DNA of 56,620 nucleotides, taken from an uncultured Bacilli bacterium. Lineage in GTDB: Bacteria > Bacillota_I > Bacilli_A > RF39 > UBA660. Below the pieces are notes generated by a model. That model was not told the origin of the DNA and did no database searches. It worked only from the letters and a program-made list of their open reading frames with translations. A program made the translations under genes and the position numbers. The stretch covers positions 1-56,620 of the forward strand of contig CANQQP010000002.1 of the NCBI GenBank assembly GCA_947626055.1, read 5' to 3'. Below, piece by piece: positions 25,068-33,749 of this stretch (positions are counted from its first letter, which is position 1; the number at the start of each line of letters is the position of its first letter).

Positions 25068-26933
25068 TTATTTGGCAATCATTTCACAAATTAAATTTGT
25101 AATTTCGGTAGGATTTTCAATAGGCAATCCTTCTATTAACCTTGCCTGTGCATATAAAACTTTACTATAATCCTTTAATTGTTCTTTATCTTTCTTATAT
25201 AAATCTTGAATCTTTTTGGCTATAGGATGGTTTTCATTTATTTCTAATATCTTTTCCGCATTAATATTCTCTTGAGTTGGCATAGCATTCATTACTTTTT
25301 CCATTTCTACCGATATTTCGCCAACTGATGTTAAACATACAGGATGATTCTTTAATTTATTAGTAAACTTTACTTCTTTTACGGCAATAGTATCCTTAAT
25401 TAAATCTAACATTTCCTTAGATTTTTCATTTAATTTCTTCAAAGCTTCTTTTTCTTCTTCGCTATCTAAATCTATATTATCAGAACAAACATTTTTAAAG
25501 TCTTTATCTTCATATTTCATTAAAGTTTTTAAAACAAATTCATCGACATAATCGGTACAATATAATACTTCTTTACCTTTGGCTACCACGGCTTCAACTT
25601 GCGGTAACATAGCAATTTGCTCCGTCGTATTTCCGCAAGCATAATATATATCTTTATAATCTTTATTCCGTTTTACATAGTCGGCTAAAGTAATTAATTT
25701 TTCTTCTTTTGATGAATAAAACATTAATAAATCTTGCAATTTATCTTTATTCATTCCGAAATCATTATAAACTCCCACTTTTATTTGCATTCCAAATGCT
25801 TCCCAAAATTTTAAATAATCGACTTCTTTTTTAGCCTGCATTTCCAGTAACTCTGATTTAATGCGTTTTTCAATATTTGTAGCAATCGTTTTTAAGACAC
25901 GATTTTGTTGCAAAGTTTCTCGCGAAATATTTAATGATAAATCTGGAGAGTCTACAACCCCTTTAACAAAGCTGAAATAATCAGGTACTAAATCCGCACA
26001 TTTTTCCATAATTAACACGCCATTAGAGTATAATTGTAATCCCTTTTCATAATCTTTTGAATAATAATCGTAGGCAGCATGTGAAGGAATATAAATTAAT
26101 GAATTATATTCAATTGTTCCTTCGGCAGCTGTATGAATTTGGGTAAGAGGTTTTTCATAATCAAAAAATTTATCAGAATAGAAAGTATCATAGTCTTCTT
26201 GTTTAATATCTTTTTTATTTCTTTTCCACAAAGGTACTAAACTATTAATAACTTCAATTTCTTTATATTCTTCAAATTCGTTTTCTTGACCTTCTTTTTC
26301 TTTAGTTTTAGTAACTTCCATCTTAATAGGATATGTAATGTAATCAGAATATTTTTTAATTAGACTTTTGATATTATATTCTTCTAAATATTTATCATAT
26401 TCTTTATCATCATCTTTAATTGTTAAAACAATATCCGTTCCATAATTTTCTTTGGAACATTTTTTTATACTATATCCATCAATCCCAGATGATACCCAGC
26501 TATAAGCCTCTTCACTACCAAACGCTTTTGAAATAACTTCAACTTTGGATGCTACCATAAAAGCCGAGTAAAATCCGACTCCAAATTGGCCAATTATATC
26601 AATATTTTCTTTTTTCTTATTATCATTTTTAAAATCAAAAGAACCACTTTTGGCAATTGTTCCCAAATTGGTTTCGAGTTCCTCTTTGGTCATACCAATA
26701 CCATTATCAGATATTGTTAAAGTTCTATTTTCTTTATCAATATCGATGAAAATGGCAAAGTCATCTTTTTTCACCTTAATTTTTCGATCTGTTAATGATT
26801 TATAATGTAATTTATCTATCGCATCAGATGCATTGGAAATAACTTCCCTTAAAAATATTTCTTTATTAGTATAGATCGAATTAATCATTAACTCCATTAG
26901 TCTTTTTGATTCAGCTTTAAATTCTTTTTTCAT
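25068..26933 (-). CDS. htpG: Molecular chaperone HtpG (Hsp90)
   Basis: 621 aa with FLRELISNASDAIDKL-type N-terminus (FLREVISNASDAIDKL), GQFGVGFYSAFMVA and NISRETLQQNR. SD AGGAGGA lies upstream. Confidence 0.97.
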   Translation of the reverse strand: MKKEFKAESKRLMELMINSIYTNKEIFLREVISNASDAIDKLHYKSLTDRKIKVKKDDFAIFIDIDKENRTLTISDNGIGMTKEELETNLGTIAKSGSFDFKNDNKKKENIDIIGQFGVGFYSAFMVASKVEVISKAFGSEEAYSWVSSGIDGYSIKKCSKENYGTDIVLTIKDDDKEYDKYLEEYNIKSLIKKYSDYITYPIKMEVTKTKEKEGQENEFEEYKEIEVINSLVPLWKRNKKDIKQEDYDTFYSDKFFDYEKPLTQIHTAAEGTIEYNSLIYIPSHAAYDYYSKDYEKGLQLYSNGVLIMEKCADLVPDYFSFVKGVVDSPDLSLNISRETLQQNRVLKTIATNIEKRIKSELLEMQAKKEVDYLKFWEAFGMQIKVGVYNDFGMNKDKLQDLLMFYSSKEEKLITLADYVKRNKDYKDIYYACGNTTEQIAMLPQVEAVVAKGKEVLYCTDYVDEFVLKTLMKYEDKDFKNVCSDNIDLDSEEEKEALKKLNEKSKEMLDLIKDTIAVKEVKFTNKLKNHPVCLTSVGEISVEMEKVMNAMPTQENINAEKILEINENHPIAKKIQDLYKKDKEQLKDYSKVLYAQARLIEGLPIENPTEITNLICEMIAK

Positions 26934-26942
26934 ATAATCCTC

Positions 26943-26969
26943 CTAGCACTCATTTAATGCATTTGCTAA
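26943..26969 (-). promoter_or_regulatory. Second, degenerate CIRCE-like element in the htpG leader
   Basis: CTAGCACTC-N9-ATTTGCTAA versus the consensus TTAGCACTC-N9-GAGTGCTAA (1 + 3 mismatches). It lies between the predicted -10 and the SD and overlaps the SD. Confidence 0.35.
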
Positions 26970-26973
26970 TTAA

Positions 26974-27003
26974 ATTATAATACTAAAAATTAGCACTTGT
27001 CAA
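26974..27003 (-). promoter_or_regulatory. SigA-type promoter of htpG (TTGACA-N18-TATAAT)
   Basis: Minus-strand TTGACA (26998-27003) and TATAAT (26974-26979) are both perfect hexamers with an 18-nt spacer. Confidence 0.6.
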
Positions 27004-27017
27004 TAATAGAGTGCTAA
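26990..27017 (-). promoter_or_regulatory. CIRCE-like HrcA operator overlapping the htpG -35
   Basis: Minus strand reads TTAGCACTC-tattattgac-AAGTGCTAA. The left half is perfect, the right half has one mismatch, and the spacer is 10 rather than 9. It could also act as a terminator hairpin for the upstream operon. Confidence 0.55.
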
Positions 27018-27021
27018 TTTT

Positions 27022-28110
27022 TTAATCTTTACTCGCTATTTTAAATTCAATAAAGCTATTTTCTGATTTTGGTGACAAAAATACCCCATATACTTTTACT
27101 ATGTACGGACTATTTTTAGCCATACCTTCTTCTACAACTAAATCTTTAGAATCAATAATTGTATATCCTTTATAAGTATTATTTTTATCTTCTAACACAT
27201 ATTCTATTCGACGTTTTTCTTTTTTATTAGGAAACTCTTCTAGTAGTTTATGATTATTAACTATTTTAAGAGTTATATCTTCCGTAATATCTTTTTTGCC
27301 TTCATCGATATTTATCCAAAAGCTATGCAAGTAAGTATCATCTTTAGTTAAAGCAAAAATGTCTTCTTCAATATCATACTTCACATCTATATTATTTTGT
27401 ACTAAATTTTCCTCATGCAGTAACCGTTTTAATAAATCGATATTTTTTTTCGGCGCGCCGATATCTATATTGTTTTTTAAAAAGATATTAATGGCATCGG
27501 GTAAAGTCATTTTAAAAGAATGATTATTGATAGTTTGCCGAATAAAATTAAGTTCACTTTTAGCATTATTACTTTCTTCATACTCTAAACTAAACATATA
27601 TAAAGCATATGCTACTTCAAAAATTTCTTGTTCAATATAGTAATACCCTAAAGCTCGATAGTATTTAGCTACATCTCGAGCTGTAATTATTAAAGGATAA
27701 ACTTTTTTAGTCGTAGCATATAATTTAGGCCAATCCTTTTGGAGCTTATATGTTTCACACTCTTCAAAAATTAAATCCGTATTCATAGGATTATAACTTA
27801 GTCCCTTTTCCACATAAGCTAAAGCCTTTTTATATTCTGTTTTTTCATTAGCTATATAAGCAAGCCACTGATAAGCAACGTCTATTTTATAACTAACCCA
27901 AGCCACATTTTTAGCCGGTTTATGCAATTGGGTATAAAGGTAAAATTCAGCAACATTATTAAAACAAAGACTAATTTCGTCCTTTGATTTTTTTATTAAT
28001 GGTTGCACTTGCTGAATATATTCTTTTAATATGTTTTCAGCTTCGTCAAACTTCTTATTATTTATTAAGTCACTGGCTTTTATTAAATTATTATTAATTT
28101 CCTGAATCAT
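27022..28110 (-). CDS. Hypothetical protein with TPR-like helical-repeat N-terminal half
   Basis: 362 aa with SD AGGAGA. It has repeated Y/A/L-rich helical pairs (KKALAYVEKGLSYNP, AKYYRALGYYYIEQE). The C-terminal half was not recognised. Confidence 0.45.
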   Translation of the reverse strand: MIQEINNNLIKASDLINNKKFDEAENILKEYIQQVQPLIKKSKDEISLCFNNVAEFYLYTQLHKPAKNVAWVSYKIDVAYQWLAYIANEKTEYKKALAYVEKGLSYNPMNTDLIFEECETYKLQKDWPKLYATTKKVYPLIITARDVAKYYRALGYYYIEQEIFEVAYALYMFSLEYEESNNAKSELNFIRQTINNHSFKMTLPDAINIFLKNNIDIGAPKKNIDLLKRLLHEENLVQNNIDVKYDIEEDIFALTKDDTYLHSFWINIDEGKKDITEDITLKIVNNHKLLEEFPNKKEKRRIEYVLEDKNNTYKGYTIIDSKDLVVEEGMAKNSPYIVKVYGVFLSPKSENSFIEFKIASKD

Positions 28111-28149
28111 AACTATCTCCTAGGTTTTATTATATTTGAATTAAAACTA

Positions 28150-29112
28150 CTACTTTATATCATTAGAAACAATTTGTTGATAAAATGGTATTATCTCTTT
28201 TAGAAAAAATATTTCATAATTATTATATAACGAATATTTTTGAAACAATAAGTTCACTAAATCTTGAAAGTAAAATATATTTAATTTCTTTTGTTTATTT
28301 ATATATATCTGCAGCTTCTCTAATTCCAAATCATCTACAGCCAAATAACATTCATTGCTCCTAACAATAACTTCTTCAAATAAGCCAAAAGGTGTGTGAT
28401 ATTGATATAATTTATCATTATATACTAGGTCTTCATGTTTATTAACAAAATTTAATTGATTTGAATATCTATCGATTATTTTTTTTACAAAGGGATGCGA
28501 GAATTCATGAAAAATAAAACTAATTTTTTCTTTTTTTAAAATACAATTTAATTTTTCCATTGGAAATTTAATGGTACAAAATAAATTGTTTTTGTACCTT
28601 GTTCCAAAATTTCCTGATATAAAACTAACATTGAAATTAAGAGTGTTTTCATAATTATTATAAAAATCGCATATTGTATTTAGATTAAACTTGTCATAAT
28701 ACTCACATATTTTACCTAAATTCTTTAAATAAAAATTCTGGTATTTTGCATATAAATATGGCATATTTAAAGTATTAAAAAAGTTTTCCATTAAATCAAT
28801 TGCTATTTTTAAAGTTCCTATATCTTTGTTACATTCTTTAGCCAAATATTGTAAATCATATTCATTATCATTTACAGAATTCATTATTTCCGCTAATGCA
28901 GAAAAGTATAAATGATTTTTTAAGTATTCTATGAATTTATTTACTTCCTTGTTTGTTAAATCAATTTCTTGAGCTAGCATATTAAAATAGTCTGTATCTT
29001 TATAAAGCCATTCCGCCTTGGGGATACCAATTGCTTGTAAAACAGAAACTAACTCGAATTTTAAATTTATAATATAGTTAATTTTACCTTTAATGCTATA
29101 AATATAATTCAT
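28150..29112 (-). CDS. Hypothetical protein with HExxH motif (putative zinc-metallopeptidase-like, DUF4932-like)
   Basis: 320 aa. FIFHEFSHPFV contains HEFSH. It sits 32-39 nt from both neighbours in the same operon. Confidence 0.4.
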   Translation of the reverse strand: MNYIYSIKGKINYIINLKFELVSVLQAIGIPKAEWLYKDTDYFNMLAQEIDLTNKEVNKFIEYLKNHLYFSALAEIMNSVNDNEYDLQYLAKECNKDIGTLKIAIDLMENFFNTLNMPYLYAKYQNFYLKNLGKICEYYDKFNLNTICDFYNNYENTLNFNVSFISGNFGTRYKNNLFCTIKFPMEKLNCILKKEKISFIFHEFSHPFVKKIIDRYSNQLNFVNKHEDLVYNDKLYQYHTPFGLFEEVIVRSNECYLAVDDLELEKLQIYINKQKKLNIFYFQDLVNLLFQKYSLYNNYEIFFLKEIIPFYQQIVSNDIK

Positions 29113-29144
29113 TAATAAATCCTTTCCCTGTATTTAGAAATTTC

Positions 29145-29807
29145 TTATCTTCTCGAACTACGCGTATTTTGTTCATTATAAAGATTTCCACTAAAAGGAT
29201 ATGGAGTTTTATGAGGATAGACATTTGCATAAGCCTGCATGTGTGCATCATATGTTTTACGTTGCTCGTCAATTTTCTTTAATTGATCATATGAAAACTT
29301 TCTTCTATCCTGTGCATATTGAACCCATCTTAAAGCTTTTGCACTATAAAAATAATCTATTTGCTCATCGGCATATTGTAGACCATTAGGATTATAAATA
29401 GGTGTATAATTAGGATTGTTAATAAAAGTGTTATTTTGACCGACATATACTCCCCTAATTAAATGAGGAGTTAACATAGTAACTGTTTTTGAATCATTAT
29501 AAATTGTTTTATCAGTTTGTTTAAAAATAGGTATCGGACAGTCAACCGTCCCATCACGATGATAATATGTAGCTATATATTTTTTAGGAATTTTAATAAT
29601 AAAACAAGTGTTATCATCTCCACAATAACTTTTGGCAGCTTCTTCAAGAGTCATAGAGTTCATAACATCTTCAGACACTGGCCACAACGTAGAGCCCATA
29701 GAATATCCATGCCAACTTTTTAATCCCTCATTAAAAATATTTTCAATATCCTTATAATCAGTTACAGGGGATTTATGAAAATAATATAAATAATCATAAT
29801 TTTTCAT
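29145..29807 (-). CDS. Hypothetical protein, no recognised domain
   Basis: 220 aa with SD AGAGGT and no signal peptide or TM. It is rich in aromatic residues and has a basic C-terminal tail. Confidence 0.4.
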   Translation of the reverse strand: MKNYDYLYYFHKSPVTDYKDIENIFNEGLKSWHGYSMGSTLWPVSEDVMNSMTLEEAAKSYCGDDNTCFIIKIPKKYIATYYHRDGTVDCPIPIFKQTDKTIYNDSKTVTMLTPHLIRGVYVGQNNTFINNPNYTPIYNPNGLQYADEQIDYFYSAKALRWVQYAQDRRKFSYDQLKKIDEQRKTYDAHMQAYANVYPHKTPYPFSGNLYNEQNTRSSRR

Positions 29808-29829
29808 TTAAATCTAACCTCTTTCTTAT

Positions 29830-31779
29830 TTAAACTAAGCTTATGCCTAATATTATCCCGCCTATTACAATGGCACACACTATTATTATTGGCAAGAAAA
29901 TATTAATAAACCCATTCATTGTTCGTTTGTATGTTAAACTAGTTTTATTTGATAAAGATTGTTGTTTCTGCATTAATAAGTTTTTCTTTATATTAAGTAG
30001 ATTTTGTTTTTTAGATCGATAATCTTTAGCATCTTTCAACTGATATTTTTTATTGCCTGTTTCCTTTTCCCTTTTTTCTTGTTTAAAAAGCTTTTCTTTT
30101 TGTTGATGTTTATAATCGTTATACTCATTAACAATAGGTGCCAAAAAATTTTTTTCATCATTAAAGTTAACAGAAATATTGTTGTTTTGCCATTCTTTTA
30201 AATGTTTATCTATTATTTCATCAGCTTTCGCTTTAATATTACCGACAGCAAAAACTTTATCTGGCGCATAATATTTAACTGTTGCTAGCATCTGTTGATA
30301 CTTATTATTGGCATTTTGCATATTATCGTTGTTTTTAAGGCCCCATAAATACATATTCATAGAGTCTAAAATACCACTCATTTGTTTCTTTTCTGAATGA
30401 TCATAATCTACTTTAATCAAATGATTATTTTCTAAATATTTAAAATATTCTGAAGCAAGCATTGTAACTTCTTCGACTGGTCTTACACTATTTTTACTAA
30501 CCCACTCCCCGTTTGGAGCCGAGGTAACAGTTTCTTTATAAGGTTGAAACTCTTCTTTAGGTAATCGATAAAGAGTTATTAATTTATTATTTATTGCTGT
30601 ATCAATAGCATTGGGAAAAACTTCTGTTAACTCATGTTTAGAACCACTTCTATCAATTAGAAGTGACAAACGAAATGCTGCCATCATACTACACTTTATA
30701 GGATCAACATCACCATAAACATAACTACCTGCTTGGGTGCTTTCTTTGGGTTCCAATTTTTCTATAGCTGGTGTTAATGAAGCATGATAAATATAATCCT
30801 GCTTACCACTCGTATAATTTTCTAGCCAATTATTTAATTTATCATAATCATTAAAAATATTTTGACCTGTTTCTCTTTCTTTATCTCGTATTTGTGCTTT
30901 TTGATATTCTAAAAGCAAGTCATCAGTAAGTGGCAATATCTCTTTAGCAGCATCTGTTCTTAAATAATTAATATCACAATTTCCAATAGGTGGCGGATAG
31001 TTAAGTCTGTTTCGATCTAAAGCATCGGCATCTTTTAAAATGTTGCATAAAAGCTGAGCTTCTTCTTGTTCTTCTAAATTAAGACTTGTATTTTGAAAAT
31101 CAAGTTTATTATTTTCTTCACTATGATTACCAATAATTAAAGAAAGTTGCTCTAAAGTTACATTATCAATTTTACCTTGCATTTTATTCTTAAATTCCAA
31201 CATTCCCACTTTACCATGCTCTTTATTAGAAGCACCAATAGTTTTGCCAATGTCATGATATAACGCCGCCATGAGCAATTTATTTTCATTAACATTTAAA
31301 CCTTGCTTTTGCATTTTATTTGCAATTAACTGAGCATAAAGCATTACTCTTTCAACATGTTTTAAATCATGTTGAAAATCAGGAGTATTAGTATATAAGT
31401 TTTCAGTAATTGCCCGTTTAGATAATTCTTTTAAGTTAGTTATTTGTTTTGGTGATAGTCCTAGAGAATTTAAGTATTCTTGATTCATAAGCGGAATAAA
31501 ACTTTTTTCATTTTGCTTAGATACAGATTCTTTTTGCCAAAGAGTGACATAATCTTTTATTTCATTTAACTTAGCCTGAAGTTCAACATTTTGAATTTTC
31601 GCTAGTTGAACAGATATTTCTGATATTGCTTGATTTATATCTAATGTATTAAAATGATTAATTAAATTATTAATTTCATTAGCATTCGTAATGCCCATAG
31701 CAATCGCAGTCTCTTTGACTATATCATTAATATTAGAATGAACATCACTATAGCCATATTTGTCATTCATAATGATCAT
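29830..31779 (-). CDS. HD-domain phosphohydrolase with unknown central domain, K/Q-rich linker and C-terminal transmembrane anchor
   Basis: 649 aa. The HD motifs are HDLKHVERV...ALYHDIGK...LKDADALDR. The C-terminus FINIFLPIIIVCAIVIGGIILGISLV forms a single TM. The start may be the ATG at 31779 or the one at 31770. Confidence 0.65.
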   Translation of the reverse strand: MIIMNDKYGYSDVHSNINDIVKETAIAMGITNANEINNLINHFNTLDINQAISEISVQLAKIQNVELQAKLNEIKDYVTLWQKESVSKQNEKSFIPLMNQEYLNSLGLSPKQITNLKELSKRAITENLYTNTPDFQHDLKHVERVMLYAQLIANKMQKQGLNVNENKLLMAALYHDIGKTIGASNKEHGKVGMLEFKNKMQGKIDNVTLEQLSLIIGNHSEENNKLDFQNTSLNLEEQEEAQLLCNILKDADALDRNRLNYPPPIGNCDINYLRTDAAKEILPLTDDLLLEYQKAQIRDKERETGQNIFNDYDKLNNWLENYTSGKQDYIYHASLTPAIEKLEPKESTQAGSYVYGDVDPIKCSMMAAFRLSLLIDRSGSKHELTEVFPNAIDTAINNKLITLYRLPKEEFQPYKETVTSAPNGEWVSKNSVRPVEEVTMLASEYFKYLENNHLIKVDYDHSEKKQMSGILDSMNMYLWGLKNNDNMQNANNKYQQMLATVKYYAPDKVFAVGNIKAKADEIIDKHLKEWQNNNISVNFNDEKNFLAPIVNEYNDYKHQQKEKLFKQEKREKETGNKKYQLKDAKDYRSKKQNLLNIKKNLLMQKQQSLSNKTSLTYKRTMNGFINIFLPIIIVCAIVIGGIILGISLV

Positions 31780-31835
31780 AATTCCTTTCTATTCATTTAA
31801 GAACTACCAAAAATTAGACTATTTTCTCTAATTCT

Positions 31836-31863
31836 ATCATACTCTACTTTTCGTTTATTTCAA
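31836..31863 (-). promoter_or_regulatory. SigA-type promoter of the HD-protein operon (TTGAAA-N16-TATGAT)
   Basis: Minus-strand TTGAAA (31858-31863) and TATGAT (31836-31841) lie ~55 nt upstream of the ATG. Confidence 0.45.
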
Positions 31864-31873
31864 AATAAATTTT

Positions 31874-33073
31874 TTATTTTATATCATCTGTTCCCAATAA
31901 AAATTCTAAAGCATTTATTTGTTTAATTCCTTCATAATTTGTTTTATCATAATCTAAATTTATAATATATTTTGGATAATTATCTTTAACAGCTTGTAAA
32001 GCTTCTAATTCTTTTTTTAAAGTTTTTTCATCTCGAAGAGATAAAGCCACTTGAATATATTTAATACCATCTTCATTTTTTACAACAAAATCTATTTCTT
32101 TATTTTCGTATTTCCCAACATATATTTCGTAACCTCTTCTTTTTAATTCCAAAAAGATGACGTTTTCCAATATACTTTCTAAATTATTAGTATTACCTAA
32201 TATAAAGTTTCTCAACCCTAAATCATTAACATAGTATTTATCTAATGTTTTTAAATATTTTTTTTCTTTAATATCATAACGAGATACTTTATAAATAATA
32301 AAGCTATTAATTAAATAGTTTAAATAATTATCAATGGTATTAACAGTACACTTACGATTACTAGTATTTAATACATTATTGATTTTATTAGTTGAAGTAA
32401 GATTTCCAATATTATCAAAAATAAATTTGACTAAGCTTTCTAACACCATGACATCTTTGATATTATTTTTACCTACAACATCTTTTAATAAGACGGTATT
32501 ATAAATTCCATCTAAATAATTTCTTATTAAACTTGGATCGTCATCTAGATTAATTAAATAAGGAAAACCCCCAATTTCAATATACTTTTGATATGCTTTT
32601 AATTCATTAGCATAATTAAAAGCCGTCATAAACTCTTTAAATGATAATGGTAACATATGAATTTGCATATATCTTCCCGTTAAAAAAGTGGCAAGTTCAC
32701 TCGAAAGTAAATATGAATTTGAGCCCGTTATGTATATATCCACATTATCTTTAATATAAAATCCATCCACTAATTTTTCAAAATTTTCTAAAACTTGAAT
32801 TTCATCTAAAAATATATAATTCATTTTATTCTTAGCTATTTTTTTATCTAAATAATTATATAATTCCAACCAATCTTTATATTGTAAATATTCGGGATCT
32901 TCAAAATTTATATTTATGATTTGCTCTTTTTTCACATTGTTTTTTAGTAAATATTCCTGAAAAATTTTAAAAAGAGTAGACTTACCACATCTCCTTATAC
33001 CTGTAATTACCTTAATTATTTTTTTCTCTTTTAATTTTAGCAAAAAATCGAGAGGTTCTTTTCTTTCTAGCAT
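31874..33073 (-). CDS. AAA+ ATPase with C-terminal PD-(D/E)xK-like domain (COG1373 / DUF4143 family)
   Basis: Carries Walker A GIRRCGKST, Walker B IFLDEIQ and C-terminal ENKEIDFVVK. The ATG at 33073 is preceded by GGAGG. The ORF-track ATG at 33088 would lie at or upstream of the predicted transcription start. Confidence 0.8.
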   Translation of the reverse strand: MLERKEPLDFLLKLKEKKIIKVITGIRRCGKSTLFKIFQEYLLKNNVKKEQIININFEDPEYLQYKDWLELYNYLDKKIAKNKMNYIFLDEIQVLENFEKLVDGFYIKDNVDIYITGSNSYLLSSELATFLTGRYMQIHMLPLSFKEFMTAFNYANELKAYQKYIEIGGFPYLINLDDDPSLIRNYLDGIYNTVLLKDVVGKNNIKDVMVLESLVKFIFDNIGNLTSTNKINNVLNTSNRKCTVNTIDNYLNYLINSFIIYKVSRYDIKEKKYLKTLDKYYVNDLGLRNFILGNTNNLESILENVIFLELKRRGYEIYVGKYENKEIDFVVKNEDGIKYIQVALSLRDEKTLKKELEALQAVKDNYPKYIINLDYDKTNYEGIKQINALEFLLGTDDIK

Positions 33074-33092
33074 ATTTCCTACCTCCATTAGT

Positions 33093-33121
33093 ATTATACA
33101 CTTTAATCTGACACTTGTAAA
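33093..33121 (-). promoter_or_regulatory. SigA-type promoter of the AAA+ ATPase gene (TTTACA-N17-TATAAT)
   Basis: Minus-strand TTTACA (33116-33121) and a perfect TATAAT (33093-33098) are separated by a 17-nt spacer. Confidence 0.55.
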
Positions 33122-33281
33122 GTTTTTTTAGTATACTGAAAAAACTTTTAAATTTTCACGTTTTTTTAACTCAAATAAAAATAAATTGCCACGAGATTTT
33201 GTGGACTTATAATCAAATGTCATACCATTTTCTCTACTTAAATAGTCTATTACTCAAGTAAAAAAGGCTTTTATTCGCCTC

Positions 33282-33749
33282 TTATTTTACATTTATATCT
33301 AATTTAATAGAAAATTCCTTTTTGATTAGATTAAATATTATTTCTTTCTCTTCTTTTGTAAAAATATCTTTCTGTTTATTCAATTTATCATTATTCCATT
33401 TGTAAAAATTATACCCAAAATGTTTATCTATAAAAGTCTTATTAAAAATCTTAATAGTATTTTTATATCTTGGAATAAAATGAAAATGCACGTGTGCAGG
33501 TTCATTATCACGATAAGCATTATTCATAAGGCAACAAAAATTAAACATAGTAGTGTTAAATAACTTCTTCATTACTCTTTCTAATTCTTTTTCTAGCCTT
33601 CCTAATTCTTGCCATTCTTGAGATGTTAGATCACTTAATTGCTGTTTGGGATTACTAATTATACAATATCCTAAAAAATGTTGTTTCCAATCGCAAAATA
33701 CGATATCCCAGTTTTCTCCACGATATATATATTTATTATATTTTCTCAT
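33282..33749 (-). CDS. HIT-family nucleotide hydrolase/transferase
   Basis: 155 aa with the histidine triad HVHFHFIPR. It overlaps the 3' end of pflA by 14 nt. Confidence 0.85.
   Translation of the reverse strand: MRKYNKYIYRGENWDIVFCDWKQHFLGYCIISNPKQQLSDLTSQEWQELGRLEKELERVMKKLFNTTMFNFCCLMNNAYRDNEPAHVHFHFIPRYKNTIKIFNKTFIDKHFGYNFYKWNNDKLNKQKDIFTKEEKEIIFNLIKKEFSIKLDINVK

Noticed and set aside
29145-29807. Possible ADP-ribosyltransferase (H-Y-E type) reading of the 220-aa protein, based on YFHKS, RGVYVG and YADEQIDY
   Set aside because: The spacing between the putative His, Tyr and Glu does not match PARP/diphtheria-toxin-like folds. The resemblance rests on 3-5 residue strings only, so it is too weak to claim.
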